Positions 39,057 through 53,880 of a stretch of 64,000 bases of DNA are shown in pieces; the stretch's first letter is position 1; each line of letters starts with the position of its first letter. Source of the DNA: Amoebidium appalachense (Eukaryota > Protista > Ichthyosporea); assembly GCA_963693365.1 (NCBI GenBank), contig CAVNZM010000012.1, positions 8,870,001 through 8,934,000 of the forward strand. The letters are read 5' to 3'. The notes below the pieces were generated by a model. It was given only the letters and a program-made list of their open reading frames with translations. It searched no databases and was not told the DNA's origin. The translations under genes were made by a program, and so were the position numbers.

Positions 39057-42000
39057 CACACACGTGCACATACACCGAGTCTGAAGCTCACACGCCTGCA
39101 CACACCCCCAAACGTGCACACAAGTTTTGTTCCAGCCTCGTACACCGGTAGGAAGAGGAACTCTCAGTTTTGTTTATTCTTTGCCCATTGCCTTTTTCCT
39201 TCCCCGTTCTTGTTTTCCCTTTGGACAAACCTTGCACCCCCTCTTTGTTTGACCGTTCCAGAGTCCCAGTCGTGTTTTAGATGCGAACCTGCCACATCCT
39301 ACATTCACTGCCAAATTTCCATCGCAGATTGCGGATGTGATTGTGTGTTGCAAACCAGGGGGGGAGACTAAATTGCACAGCATAGGTGCACACATGCACA
39401 CGGAACTTCTCCCCCCCCCCCAGTACGTGGCACCCACACGCACAGCTCACATACGCACACACAGCACTTTTTAGCGGTCCTGCCGCACTCTGCTGCTGGT
39501 AGGGAGGGGGGGGGGGAGGGGAGGGGGGGGAGGGTGTATCCCTGTGCTTATAAAGAGGGGACCACCCATTTTTCCACAAATGGTTCATAATAGGATAATA
39601 ATCAACCCCAACACAACAAAAACGCTGCCAAACAACACTGCATACCAAAGAAACGAGACCCAGAATGCCTCATCATATGGGGGACACATGCCGGGTTGCA
39701 GGGCTAGGGAGGAGGAGCGAGAAGGGGATTTTTTGTGTGTGGTGTGTGTGTGTGCCGGGGGGGGGGGGGGGGGGGGGGAAGGGTTGGGATGTTTGAGGCT
39801 ATGCCGACAGTGTGGATTATCAGTGTTCTTTCACATTCCGCCAGGGCCAGGGCATTTGTGATAATCCTCCTTTACATATAGCCAAACACCCCCCCCCCCC
39901 CCCCCCTCCCCCGGGCCCCCCATGTCCCCCCCAGGCGCCGTCCGGGGCCTTCCATTTAACTGAGGCATCTCTTCGATCATGGCAACTTGTCGCCCAATTT
40001 TTTGGCAACTTGTTGCCCCATTTTTGAATTCGTGAGAGCTCGAGGGAGGGAGGGAGGGACTCAAGAGGGAGGGAGGGAGGGAGGAAGGGACGGGGTGAGG
40101 GGGGGGGGGGGGGAGGGGGAGGAAGGTGGGGAAGGGGACATGGGGGGGGAGCCCGGGGGGAGGGGGCGGGGAGGGGGGGAAGGGGGGAAGAGGGAGGAGT
40201 GATGATGTCTGGCACTCTAATATATTAGCTGCAACATGATCCATTCCTCAAACCAGCCCCCGTCAGTGATCCTATCCCCGCGGGCCCCCTCGCTCTCGCC
40301 CCCATGTTTCTAGCTTCTTCTTCTTTCAAGGGTGGTTATATAATATTAGGTCATTCAGCTACCTCCAACCCCCCTCCCTCCCCCCCCCCCCCCCCCCCCC
40401 CCGGCCCCCCCCCCTTTCCCCTCCCTCCCCCGGGCCCCCTTGCCCGCCCGCCCGCCCGGCATTATAATAGCACATTCCTTTCCGTCTACCCTCCCTCCCA
40501 TCATGACAAACTCTGCTATACTGACGGATGGAGTACTAAGTACATGGGGGTTAACGTTTGGAATACGGGTACACTATTATTATTGTCTTTCGAAAAATTC
40601 AGCAAAGTTTTGCAGCCTTATTACTTAGTTTGTAAAATAACACCGTGGCACTCAGTACTGACTGATAGGGAATCGAAATGTTTTCGTGCTTTATTAGGCC
40701 CTGTCTGACGGTTTGAGTTCCAAGAATACACCATGACTCGCAGTGACGCATTCCCGCTCAGCCTGCAGGCCTAGGAGCTGCCTGCAGGGCAAAATAATAC
40801 ACGCATTATTATTTATGCCACTGAGATTTAGAACTACAATATCATAACAAGCGATTATAGCAGCATGCATATGCGCATGAGTCTAATATTCCTACTTTTT
40901 TTATTGTTTTATAAAAGCATATTTCTACTTGAATATGATATACGCGCTAGTTCTGTACCTATAGCCATATTCTCCGCCCCTTTATTTTTAGAGCTTGTGT
41001 TCAGGGTCCAGGGACCAGGCACGCCCCATGGTTGCAACTTGTTATGTGTTGGCGTGCGAGCAGGGGAGGCTCGGAGGCGCGATGCGCACGTGCACGTGCA
41101 TGCATTGTCTCTTGCTTTATTGCATACAGATTTGGAGGTGGCATGGTTGCACCCAGCGCAGTGAACACCTCGGGCGCACCGGCGGGGAAAGGAGCTCGAG
41201 AAGGGGGGGAGGGGGGGGAGGGAGGAGGCGAGGGAGGGAAGGGGGGTTTCAGCTTGTATGACCGGATTTGGAACGCAAGAAGTGCCGCAGCACGTCATCA
41301 TGCATATCACGACAGAAAACGTGTCGCAAAATCAATAAGCTTTAGTTATCCAGCTCTGTGTGTTTGTTGTTTTGGCGCGTATTGGCGACAGCCAGACAGC
41401 ATATGTTTCACGGTGTATACGCTTGATATCGATCGCACGGGGCACAACCGCCGTGACGGGGCCGCGGCCTGGTCGTGCCACCGGTCGTGCGCCGCTGAGT
41501 TGGAGGTGGGCGATACGAGACAGCCGAATAGATTTCGTTAGATCTATTCGAATGTTAGGGCGATCTGATTGGGCCATCATGTGGTGCGTTTTAGTCCAAT
41601 CAGCGATGGCTCAGTCGAAGGCTAATTCCATGCGAAAACATTCCTGAGTGGCACGCGTACGGCGTCCATACACACTACACATAAACCAAACAACAAGAGC
41701 ACATTGAGAAGCTTCTTACATGTGAAAGCTGAAATGAAACTAGATGAAATATTTAAAAGTCTTACTGTGTGACCAGTACCGCGTTTTAGTTAGTAGAGTA
41801 GTTACCACATCGAGAAATTGTGATCACTGACCAGCGATACAGATCTATAGGTATGTCAATTGGATGCCGATGATAAACAGCACATTCCCCCCGGTCGTGG
41901 CGGCCACTATCGAAACCGTTGAATGGGGCGCGATCATTCTTGTTTCCCTTGCAATTGTACGTATCATGAGCTCACGTATCATGTGAATCACCGCTACATA

Positions 42001-43874
42001 CATGCTGGGGGTGTATTTTCTATCACTACTGGCACATGCTTTCCTCGACGCTTGATTCCATTGAACACATGGAAATTGGAAAAGCAGACTGCACTTGTTC
42101 GCATCAGGTTTAGCGTCTAAATTTGGAGCTATGAAAAAAACAAAGCAAGAGCGATTAGCATAGCCTACTCCGACCATGGTACCGACCGAATACAGGCTAC
42201 GGAGGACACTCAAAAGTATTTGGGGAATGAGTGAATAATGTTATGTCGACGGAAAAAAGTAATATTTTCCCGTGCTGCAGCATGCCACTGCCAGCGCCAT
42301 GCCTGTAGCAATATATTTCGACGGATCTCACGCGTGGGCATCAGCCATTTCTGAATTTCAGCCAAGCTGCAACGAGTTCCGTATTGGCTCTTTATCACAG
42401 CCAAAATAGACCAACAATCTATTCAAGGCAATTGGTCAGGGTTCGGAAATCGTTGACTGTGGTAGCGCGAACATCAGACCCCACTACATGTAGCTCTAGA
42501 GATCTCCACCGTAGTAGGCCTACGTACGGTGTCGTCGGCTCAAGGGCTCAGTCAGCCTACTTCGCCCAGTGACGGACGGTGTACACACACTGAACACACG
42601 TACGCGTGTACGGATCAACGTCCTGAAAAAGTTGCATGTAGTCTAAACGCGCAATTATATATACAGATACCTATGCTTGTGCATCGTATGCGTATTGGTG
42701 AAGGCCTTGTGGCAGAAGAAGCATGTAGGAGCTGCAGTACGACACTACTATAGTTCAGGTCAGTAGCATATCCTACATGCATGCATGCATGCTTGCATTT
42801 GCAGCTGCATATATATGCTCGCATGCAATCCCGTATAAGGCGTCACGGAGCACGCCGCTACGTATACTAATTGGGTCATATCTGTGCGGCACAAATATGA
42901 TTGAAAAAAAGGGGCTTCAGTACTACCAGCATGATACAACACTAAGATGTTGAATACACACAGACAAATATTGGGCGAAGTTTACATACCGTGAGCCGAA
43001 AAAGTTTGCAATGCGCATCCACTTTGATATGGAACCCCCAGTAGGATCCAGCCAGGAGTGGCTTCTTCCACATAACACGTTGGTATGATGCCATCCTCGG
43101 TGCACGCACTACTATTTGTAGTCGCGTATGAGCCACCCCGGAACGATATGTGGCTGCACCGTTCCGAATGCAGGGAGCCTACGTAGCCTACATGCATGCA
43201 GTAACCCATGAAGATACCGATCAACTCTCAGCTCTACTTTTTGAATGTGCTGGGAGAGCTGGCCCACATATGCGTTCCGTAATAAGACATACACCCCTAC
43301 TACGTTTAAATTCTTGCATGCATCGAATTGCTTGCAAATTGCAATATGTACAGCCGGGTCGTGGGTGCCACCCACACGTGCATTTACCGGCAAGCCCGTC
43401 TCACCGTCGGAACCTTTTCGGAACACGCCCGCAGGGCCGGAACTGGGTGAAAAAAGGCTCGATTGGTTCGTTACATAATTGATCTGATTGGATTGTTCAA
43501 TAGGAAAGAATTCGCACTGGAATGTTCCAAGTGTCAGGTGCCGCCTTCAAGTGTCGTGGCTTTCAATTGCGGCAGGGCTGCACTACAGTAGGAGTCACGG
43601 AAATGGTAATGGCACCAAAAATGGGCATGAGAAAATTCTCACACAGCCTCCTCCGTATCCCTATAATCTTTCGAAATACACTTATCACAATGTTCAGCCA
43701 ATTTAGCGCTCTAATGATGATCATAAGTTCGGAATTTCTTGCCTTCCCGTTATCGGAGCTGGAAAGGGCTTCGTTTGTTTTCTCGAAGGATCTACCAAAA
43801 AGGCAAGTCCAACAAATCTAGCGCACCTATTGGCCCATGCGGCTTTTCTACTTCTTTCTCCCAGGCGTTGCAGA

Positions 43875-43975
43875 AATCTGATTGGTTACTGAAGACAACA
43901 AAGCCAGTGCTCTAGGTTACTGACATCTGATTGGCTACTCTCTAATCGGCCATTTTTCGGTGCCTATATAACCCG
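43875..43975 (+). promoter_or_regulatory. CCAAT/TATA promoter of the zinc-finger gene
   Basis: Two CTGATTGG boxes (~43878, ~43927) and TATATAA at 43965, ~130 bp before the ATG at 44096. Confidence 0.6.
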
Positions 43976-44095
43976 CCTCCACATTTTGAAGCACTCTCAG
44001 TTGTACCAACCGCTTGGCCATATGAAAGTCACTTAGTTTTCGACTTCGTTACTCGTTTTTCGTTTTTCAGCAAGCAATAGCGCAAATTCAAAATC

Positions 44096-44852
44096 ATGAC
44101 CGCATTCGTTGACCGCGCACCTGTAGGCGGTATGGCGTGCCGCACGCCCATTCTGCCCAGCATGTCGCGTGGGTGCCTAGCCCCTCCGAAACCCATTTCC
44201 CTTCCTCTTAGCCCACGCACACGCCGTCCCCGCGAGCAGCTAGACCGCAAATTTCTCTGCCCCATGCCCGGGTGTTGCCGTAGATACGCGCTCCCTAATA
44301 GTCTTCACCAACACTTAAAAAAGGCGCACGAAGTTTACTTCCCCCCCCGGTTCTCGCGGCCGCCCCAAGGGTGGACGTAAAGACTCAGCGGGTTCGTGTG
44401 GTTCCCCCTGCGAGCCTTCCACCCCTGTTTTGGATGTCAAGTTTTTTGAGTTGGAGGGGTTGAATTCAAACTGTGCAAGCCCTATCATTTCCGACTCAAG
44501 TGATAATGTCTCGTGTTGGTCTCCCAACAGCATTGCCAGCGACACCACATTCACGTATAACAGCGCCACAAGCTCGCCCACCAGCCCCGCCATTACCCTT
44601 GACGACCTCGATTTTTCTCTCCCCAACTTTGACGTTGACCCAACTGCCGACACTGCGGCTACTACCGACCTCTCTTTCCCGGTTTTGGACCCTCTCTCTT
44701 TGCCTACCATCATCCCCTTTGAGCCTGTTGTTGATACGGAAACAGCACCCAGCGCTCTCCAGCTACCCGAGTTAACACAGGAGCAAATCGAGAAGTTGGC
44801 GGGTGAGTTACGCGCTCTGTGCGCCCAAAACCCCGTGTGCTTCGTGGGGTAA
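44096..44852 (+). CDS. Single C2H2 zinc-finger + AT-hook transcription factor with acidic C-terminus (~251 aa); apparent +1 frameshift in the C-run at 44341-44348
   Basis: FLCPMPGCCRRYALPNSLHQHLKKAH is a C2H2 finger. Removing one C joins it to GSRGRPKGGRK (AT-hook) and reads openly into ORF 44430-44852. Confidence 0.75.
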
Positions 44853-45428
44853 AACACTGACAAGACAGGTGGGAGCCTACTCCTTTCCACCACCATCCAG
44901 CACGAAAAACAACAACAACAACAACAACGACGACAGCCATTTGTAATGGCTTTCTTTTTCTTTTTCTTTTTCAAGCAGGCAACTGCGAACCAAATCTGGA
45001 AACGGCAATTTGGCGTGCACGGAACACTCTTCCATCTTCCAAAGCACCACGTGACGCCATAACGCCAGACCTTCATCTACTCCAACATTCCAACCAATCT
45101 TTGCTCCCTAGCAACCACTGCCAGTCACGTAATGGTCTTTCAACAGTGTATGACATTGCTCCAATCACGGGCAAGCGCTCGTCAGTTGATTACTTCGTGA
45201 CTTTGGCATATTATCAAATGTAGAATATATAATAAGATGCAAATACTGGCTGTTTGCATTCCTACGAATGACCTTAATGTGTTATCCCCTAACACCAGCC
45301 TGGCATGTAAATTGGTTGAAACTTTAGACGTGAAAATAGACCGTTAGTTATAAAGCACAGCTCCCGGTGAATTGTGTTTCGAAAATAAATATCTAACATG
45401 ATTTTAAAATGCATTTATCCCCCCCCCC

Positions 45429-45459
<31 letters not shown>

Positions 45460-46013
45460 ATACACGCACGCGCGCACACACACACACACACACAAGCACC
45501 ACCAGCACCAGCAGCCCATTATATTAAGCCTCCAGGCCATGTGGTTTCTTTACCTTAATCTCACGGTGTACCTCTTATCCCCTGCAACAGTATAACCACG
45601 TATTGTCTGCAGGTGGAAAATGTGCCCTGACACACGGTTACTGTATCTGGCCTGGGGGCATTGCCAGCCCCCTTCAAGTTTGCTCTGTTCCGCACCAGCA
45701 GGTGTACAGTCAAAACTTCCTTGTGTGGGCCACTCCTTAGGACTACCGGCACCTGGTCACCACCACTACACCATATAGGCATCAGGTAGGACAGTAACAA
45801 AAAAACACACAGGGTCACTCTCTCTTACTCGCTCTCTCTTGTTCCCCCCCCCCCCCCCCCTCTCTCACTCACACACACACACATGATGCACACATGCACG
45901 CGCGCGCGCGCGCACACACACACACACAATTTCTCGCTCCCTCCCCCCCCCCCCCTCCCTTCCCCCCCTCTCGCTCTGCCTCTCTTTGTCTCCTCTCCCC
46001 CCCCCCCCCCCCC

Positions 46014-46069
<56 letters not shown>

Positions 46070-46151
46070 CCCCTCCCTCCCCCCCCTCGCCCCCCATGTC
46101 TCTCTCTGGCGGTTTCCCTCTCTCTCCCTCTCTCTCTCTCCCTCCCTCCCT

Positions 46152-46269
<118 letters not shown>

Positions 46270-46441
46270 TCGAAAGTGCCCGCATAAACATGCGCCACAG
46301 GAACACACAAGAGCACATGACACGCACATACACACACAACACGTGCGAACATGCAAAGTACCTTCACAGACTCAACTGCAAGCGGATAAATAGTGTGTGA
46401 GCGTGACGCACACTCTCACGATGTCCAATCAGAGCCAGGAG

Positions 46442-46497
<56 letters not shown>

Positions 46498-46945
46498 CTA
46501 ATCAATCGGGCGGTCGTGCACAACATGGCCACTCGCACAACCACACACCGTGAGTACAATACTATACATAGCCCCAGTTTTACTAGAAGCCGGTTTTCAC
46601 TTCTTATCCTACACAGCCGTCCGTGGGTGGGTACCGACCTCACAAGACCAGCTCACCTTCTCCCCCCCCCCCCCCCCCTCCCCTCCCTTCTCCCCCCCAT
46701 CCCTCCCACCTCCCCCCCAACACGTTTATGGGCACACTTTTCGTAACCAGTAGGAGATACTGTTTGTAGGCCGTGCCCTATGTTGTGTTTCGTTTACCTG
46801 GTAACGACTGTTGATGAGTCTTTATCCCCTTCCTCTCCCCCACACCTCCCGGAGTAGGTAAACAAAAACACTATGCTCGAACAACATATGACAACCGGAT
46901 TACAATCTTTTGTTTTACAATAATATACACACACATATATATATA

Positions 46946-47015
<70 letters not shown>

Positions 47016-48963
47016 TCTTTTTTTTTTTTCTTTTTCTTTTTTCTTTTTTTTTTTGGTTACCTTCTTCAGCTGTCTATTAGTAAAACAAATACATTCTCAA
47101 ATCTTCCTCCAATCATCACACATGCACATTGCTTACATATTCACATTTTCTGGTATCAAAGTCATGCCATATGGGCTGGCTGATATCTGGCCAATCAAAC
47201 AGCAACAATGGGCACAATGGGGCGTTTTCAAAGTTGCCGGGTGGTCTGAGGCAATATTTTGAGGCCCACGTCTGCTGGGGTCAGGAAGAGCTGAAGTGAT
47301 GGTGATTGGTCAGAGATCACGTGCATCATACGCCCAGCGGCACTCTTTTAGCGGTATGTCCAGTAGTTCAGGTTTGGGAACGGCTTCTTACTTATGCGAA
47401 AGTGTTGTGCGATTTAGGCAAACAATATTGGGAGGGGGGGGCATTGGCGGGCATGGGTGGGGGATTGGGAAAAAGGAAGGGCAGAATCAGAGTTAGAGGG
47501 AGGCATACGGGGAGACAGGAAGTGATGCGGTGCAGTGGCGAAGAAAGGCAAGTCAGTCGTGTGCGTGTGTGGGCAGACCCCAGGGTATTAGGGAACGAGC
47601 GGGTTGGACTCCCCAGTGTACAAGGGGAATGGGGAAAAAGAGGTGGAGAGAGGGTTGAAACGATTGAACGGTGGGTGAGTCACCTCGGAGATGAAGGTGT
47701 ATCTATCGGCTATTCTGCATCACTCACACCCACAGGCACACTGTGACACACAATCACATGCACACGCACGTGTGCCTGCACGTGAACCTGCAGTGCCTCG
47801 TTGTGCTTCAACATTCCAAATAAGGCAACCTTCTCCCTCTCCCCCATGCTCGACCCCAGACCTGCCAGAAAAATTCATGCACTGCAGCAGCTATAAACCC
47901 CCCCACCAGTGTGTTAACGACACTCTTTCTTTGCTCAAGAAGCATCCACCCAAACCTGCATTTGACGGCTACCACATGCACCCAAAATTAAGCAGCCAGC
48001 CGGAAACACACCGTACCTGCATATATCCCCCCCTCCCCCCCCCCCCTCCCCTTCCAGCGCCCCCTCCCCCCTCTTTTTCTCCCCGTTCGTCATTTTCTTC
48101 CCCAGTTATCCATCATCTTCACCACGATCTCGTGGTCCATAACTGCTTCCCCCCCCCCCCCCCCCCCCCCCCCCAAAAAAAAATTTTTTTTTTTAAAAAA
48201 AACAAAAAAAAAAACACCACCAATCACCCCGACCTGCCTTGCTTCCCATTCTCCCCAAACATCTGCAACCTGCTCCCACCTGACATATTCCCATCCCGGC
48301 CTTTCCCTTCTTCCATATCTTTTTCCACCATCCCATCCCCCCCCCCCCCCCCCCCCCCCAATCCATCCCAATTTCGCCCCTCCCGCCTCCCCCCCCTTCC
48401 CCCCTCCCCCCCCCTCCTCTCCCCTCCCCCCTTCCCCTTCCCCGCAAAACACATAATACCTTCAGATACACAGGCACGCCAACACATAATCACAGACGCC
48501 CCCTCCACACGCATGTCCACAAAGGCTTCCCGCATGGCATTCCCGGTCTCTCTTACTTATTCCCTTAACTCCCCCTAGTGCAGTCCAGAGTGTACGTAAA
48601 CGTAAATTCCATTTACGTAACCAAAATCAGCAATACGTCTATCCACCATCAGTTCCAAATAACAAGGCTTCAAGAAAGACCCACATATTAGCAGGCACCA
48701 GAAGAGCTAAAATCAACCCCCCCCCCTCCCCTCCTCCCCCCCCCCCCTCCCCACCTCCAACCCCCCCCCCAGTCACGTGACCCTTAGCCAATCATCTACC
48801 CTGGGCCCTGCCGTCCAACCCGCCCTCCCTCAACCTCAGGGTCTCTCTCACACCCAATAGCTGTGCACGAAGTCGCTCCTCCGCAATCTCCCCGCCCAAT
48901 CGTTTGAGCAGCACCTGAATGCATGCAGATAGTGAGGTATGGTTTGGTGGTGGGTGGGCGGGT

Positions 48964-49003
<40 letters not shown>

Positions 49004-49968
49004 GGGGTGTGTGTGTATGGGGGGAGGGGGGGGGGGGGGAGCCAAAGGGGCGATTCCTTAGAAAAATGGCACGTGTAGTGAGAATGCATAGTTACCATAC
49101 GTAGTGTGTGTTTCACGTTTTTTTTTCCGGGGAAGGGGGATAGGAGGGGGGGGGGGGGGGGGGGGGGGGGGGAATGTGTGCATGTGCGCCGCACGAAACA
49201 TTGCCGGGAGCTTTTCTTCAAAAAGAGGATTGATAATTTACTGTGTGAGCAATACCACCGAATAAAAAACACTTAGCCGTCAAGGGTACAAGCACATGAC
49301 ATTTGTGTGGGAGAGGCTGGGGGAGGAGATACATGGTGTATGTGTGTGGGGGGGGGGGGGAGGGGGGGAGGAGGGGGTGGTGTTGGGGGTTGGAGAGGGG
49401 GGACTGGGTGAGAGGAGAAAAGGTGCCAGGGGAGATGATAGATGGGGAAGAGTAAAGGATGGAAAGGTGATGGTTGGGTGAGAGAGTGTGTGTGTGGTGG
49501 TGGTGGTGTGTGTGGGGGGGGGGGGGGGGGGGGAGGGGAGGATTCAACCTCATTTTCTGACTTCTGTGCCTGCAGGCGAGATATGAGGGGTGGTGTGCTG
49601 TTGGATGTTCTCCGAGAGAACGGCCTGTGATTGGGTCAAAGTCACGTGAGTAGGCTGCAATCGATGGGTGTACAGGTGAAATGTGAGAAAGGTGGAGATA
49701 TAGGGACCGTTTAGATAGGGTTTCTTTGGGAATTCCGGACCGGGTCAGACCAGAAAAAGATTTAGGCTTTGTTATTGGCGAGATGGGCATCGGACAGCAA
49801 TTTGGCCTGACCCGAAAAAGCCTGTAAACCAGCCTTAAGTGACCTCCTTTAACATAAGTTGTTTCTCCAAGGTTGCCTATCTTCCACTCTCCCCTTCTCT
49901 CCCCTCCCCACTCCTCCCCCTTTCCCTACCACCAGGAACACAAAGTGCGGTGCGCCCGCGCACACGCA

Positions 49969-50044
<76 letters not shown>

Positions 50045-50193
50045 ACACATCACACGTAGACGCACACGCGCACACACAGACAACCTGTGTCTGTGGGTCC
50101 TTGCCTGCTATGGCTCTAACCTCCACCTCGTGATTCAATAGCCCTCGTGCCTTGTCAAAGTCCTGCTCTGTGGGTGTGGAAGGGAGGGGGGAT

Positions 50194-50226
<33 letters not shown>

Positions 50227-50529
50227 GGGGGGGGGGAGGGCATGTTCAATTTCACAAAAATACTAAAGAAAGGCGAGTGGGGAAAGTAGTTGCCAGAACC
50301 GTGTTGCAGGGTGATAAACAAGATTGGAAAGAAAGTAGGGAAGGGAAAGTATCAGTTTCAGGTTTTCAAAACAGTGCAGTCTGGGGGGATGGAAAGTGCG
50401 GAAGAAGGGAGGGGGGGGGGGGGGGTTGTAGATTAATACACTTCAAGGGATTTAATGTTCTGGGGGAGGTGCCCGGGAAACAGGTTCAGAGAGAGCGTCA
50501 GCAAATCGATATGCAGGCAGACACAACCG

Positions 50530-50570
<41 letters not shown>

Positions 50571-50888
50571 ATGTGTACCATTTTCTTGTTCGGAAAGAAC
50601 GGCAGTCTTGACCACCTAATTGAACGTCACTAGGAACACCTCAAGATCAAAACGGGGGGGGGGGGGGGGGGGGGGAAGGGGGAGAGAAAATGGTCCCGGG
50701 GGGGGAGGGGAAGGGGGGGGGGGGGGGGGGGGGACGGTTAGGCGGCATCATGTAAGCAAGTGTAGGGGAACTTGTTTCAGATAGTTCCTTTGGTGCAAAG
50801 AAAGGGGATACGAAGGAGGCACTTGGATAGCAGCGCAAAGCGGTGTGTGGATGGGTGGGTGATGAAGGCTTGCCGATAAGGGTGCACA

Positions 50889-50924
<36 letters not shown>

Positions 50925-51133
50925 GGGGGAGGGGGAGGACGGGGGGGCAAACTGCATTTAATTTGGGCAGTCACGCATGGGAGCCCCAATAAGTTAAAAT
51001 CAACAGAGAAGAGCGGAGAAAAAGGAGATGGAAACGCAGCCCGGGTGGGTGGGTGGGTTTGGCTGGTGGGTGGATGTGTGGGAGGGGGGGAGGGAGGGAA
51101 GGGGGGAGTGGAGAGGGTATAATGCAGGGGCAG

Positions 51134-51173
<40 letters not shown>

Positions 51174-51181
51174 CTTGGTAC

Positions 51182-51550
51182 CTGAGAGACAGCCTGGATG
51201 ATGCGTGAGTGTGCATGGGAGCAGACATCCCCCGGGGCATCATCAGTAGTATTGACCACCTGAAGGGTGTCTTGGATCCAACAAAATAACGTGATAAATA
51301 GCTCAAGCTCTACATTGTCCTGGGGGGGGTCCGATGTAAAATTTGGATGGGGATGATAGGGTACAGGGTGAGAGGAGGGGATAAGGGTGCATGGAGGTGG
51401 GGAGGGAAGGGGAAGGGGAAGGGTGAAGTGAAGTGAAAGGCAGAGGAATGCATGTGAGAGTGACCGTGAGGGGGTGAGGAAAAGGGTTGGAATTTGGGGG
51501 TAAAAGGTGACGTTGGGGTTTGAAAGGTTCCTTTTTTTTCTTTTTTTTGG

Positions 51551-51584
<34 letters not shown>

Positions 51585-51990
51585 GGGCGGGTGGGCTGGG
51601 ATAAGGGAGTTGGAGTAAAGGGAGGCCGCACGAATTGTGCAACGGCAATCACTACGTAAAGTTAGGTGAGTGGGCGAGGCAAATGAGAGGGAGGGGGCAG
51701 GGGGGATGGGGGGGGGGGGGGGAGTAGGGGTGGTCGTGGGGTGGGAGCAGGGGGGGGGGAAGGGGGGGGGGGAGGATCTGTTGCAACCGTTCTCTGTCTC
51801 TCAGCAGGACAGCATTTTCCGGGTCAACATTTACGAAGTCACAGACCCCCCCACCCAGCACCGTGCAGGGGGGGTCCAACACTATGCTGCTCTCCCCACG
51901 GTGGGTCGTCACCACTCCCGTCTCGCTGTCCATAACCTGGACATTAACAAGCCCCGTAAATGACACGTTGAAAACACTAAAAAACAACAC
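51182..51990 (-). CDS. Possible exons of an unidentified gene (51182-51319 and an open segment ~51775-51990)
   Basis: 138-nt open segment bounded by CCCCAG| and |GTACC, plus a complex open frame upstream; no recognisable domain. Confidence 0.25.
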
Positions 51991-52284
51991 TTCTTTCCAT
52001 ATCAGAGAATGTTATTTAAATTTAACAGATGGCCTCCAGTATTCCAAAACGTAACCACCTCACACCCCCGTTTCCCTCGCCGCCATTCACCATGCATCAG
52101 CATTCAGCCTCTTACTGGCACGAATTAAGCACCGTTGCCCCCATCCCCTCCCCTACCCCCATGCACACCTTTCTTCTCAGTTGTCGGGGGTTGATATCCG
52201 GTGGCTCCGTATACCCATCGAGCCACTCTCCCACACCACAAACCCACCCTTTTCCTGGGATGCAGCTACATGTAGTGCAATGGC

Positions 52285-52540
52285 TTTGCCTTAACACCAG
52301 CGCTTTCCCGGCATGGAAAGTCATACACCTTAACATAATGGTAACCGTACTGTTTTTGCTTGAACACTGGTGCACTCCCATACATGCGCACCTTAACATA
52401 GCAATTCTTCAACACCACCGCATTCCTATAGAGGCAAGTAACTGTTACACATCTTAGCATAAAGGTGTGCTTTAACACCAACTTATTATACCATATATGG
52501 CAATTCGCGCACCTTAACATACTAGTTCTGCTTTAACCGC
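52285..52540. repeat. Degenerate ~60-bp minisatellite with paired CTTAACA motifs
   Basis: CCTTAACATA-like motif at ~52330, 52392, 52452 and 52512, alternating with CTT(T/C/G)AACAC. Confidence 0.65.
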
Positions 52541-53464
52541 AGTGCGCTCTTGATCGGTCCCACCTCACCGTTCGGTTTGGGAAAGTACAGGCAGGGACCC
52601 ACCACGTTGGATTGGTTGCCTAAATGGGCATTATGATATTGAGCCAATCAGATCACCGAGTTGTGCAAACGAGCCACTCATGATTGATAATGTAAGTTTG
52701 TCCCCGTGTCACGGTGCACGTGTGTGCATGTGTGTGTGTGTGGTGTGTGTGTTTGAATGATGGGAGGTATATGTTCCCCCGGGGGGGGGGGGGGGGGGGG
52801 GGGGATTGAGGGAGCGGGGATGAGAGAGGGTTGGGTAGGGGCACAACTAACACCTGTGAGCCTTTCCTTGATTGCAGCATACTCTGTGGGTTTAAGCATG
52901 AGTGCATCATGACCCCCACTGCAATCTGATTGGCTGAGAGCACATTACTCACAGGTCTGGGGAAATGTTCATATGCCCCTGTGGTTCAGTTCTGAATGCG
53001 TACATACTGTGTGGATGATACCTGCCCAATCATTGATGGGCGTTAGTTTATGGGTGAAATGCGAAAGGAGGGTAGACTGGTTTTACCGAAACTAAAAAAC
53101 GACATACTACTATAGGGGCCCAACGTGTGATTTCATCAAGAAGCCTTTGGGAAAGGTATGTGATAGTTCACCGGTGGTGTTTTGGGCAGTGTTTCAACGG
53201 CAGCGGTGCTGTGGAGACAGTGATGTGTTGTTGGCACAGTGCAAAGGTCGTATATGTGCATGCGCGTGCCTCCAAAGCACACGGGCAAACATACACACAC
53301 GCGCGCACACTTGAATGCACAAACGAATGCCAATAAATCAGATTTCCCGTGCATGCACACACCACACACCCACATCCAAACCAACACCCACCCACCCACA
53401 CCGCCCACAGCCCACACCCACACCCACACCCACACATACCCCTCCCCCCCCCTCTCCTCCCCCA

Positions 53465-53551
<87 letters not shown>

Positions 53552-53843
53552 GCACACGTGTGCGTGCGTGTGTGTGCATGTGTGCGTGCGTGTGCGTGTG
53601 TGTCGACAACAGATGGGTAAACATGTGGGAATAAAGCGCCTCGCAACTCTAAGAAGAAGAGGGATTATTCTGGTTCGGCAACTTGGCTGTCATGTTTTCT
53701 CCACATTTTGCACCATTCGAAGCAGATGGTGTGCTCCTCTCCACGTGCATTCGTACACTTGTGCACACTTACACGCACACACGAACACACGCACACACGC
53801 ACACACGCACACACACACACACTCACCCACACACTCACCCACA

Positions 53844-53880
<37 letters not shown>

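Noticed and set aside
40700-43820. Repeat-free 3-kb stretch with short ORFs
   Set aside because: No recognisable domain or coherent exon chain; possibly regulatory DNA or a decayed element.
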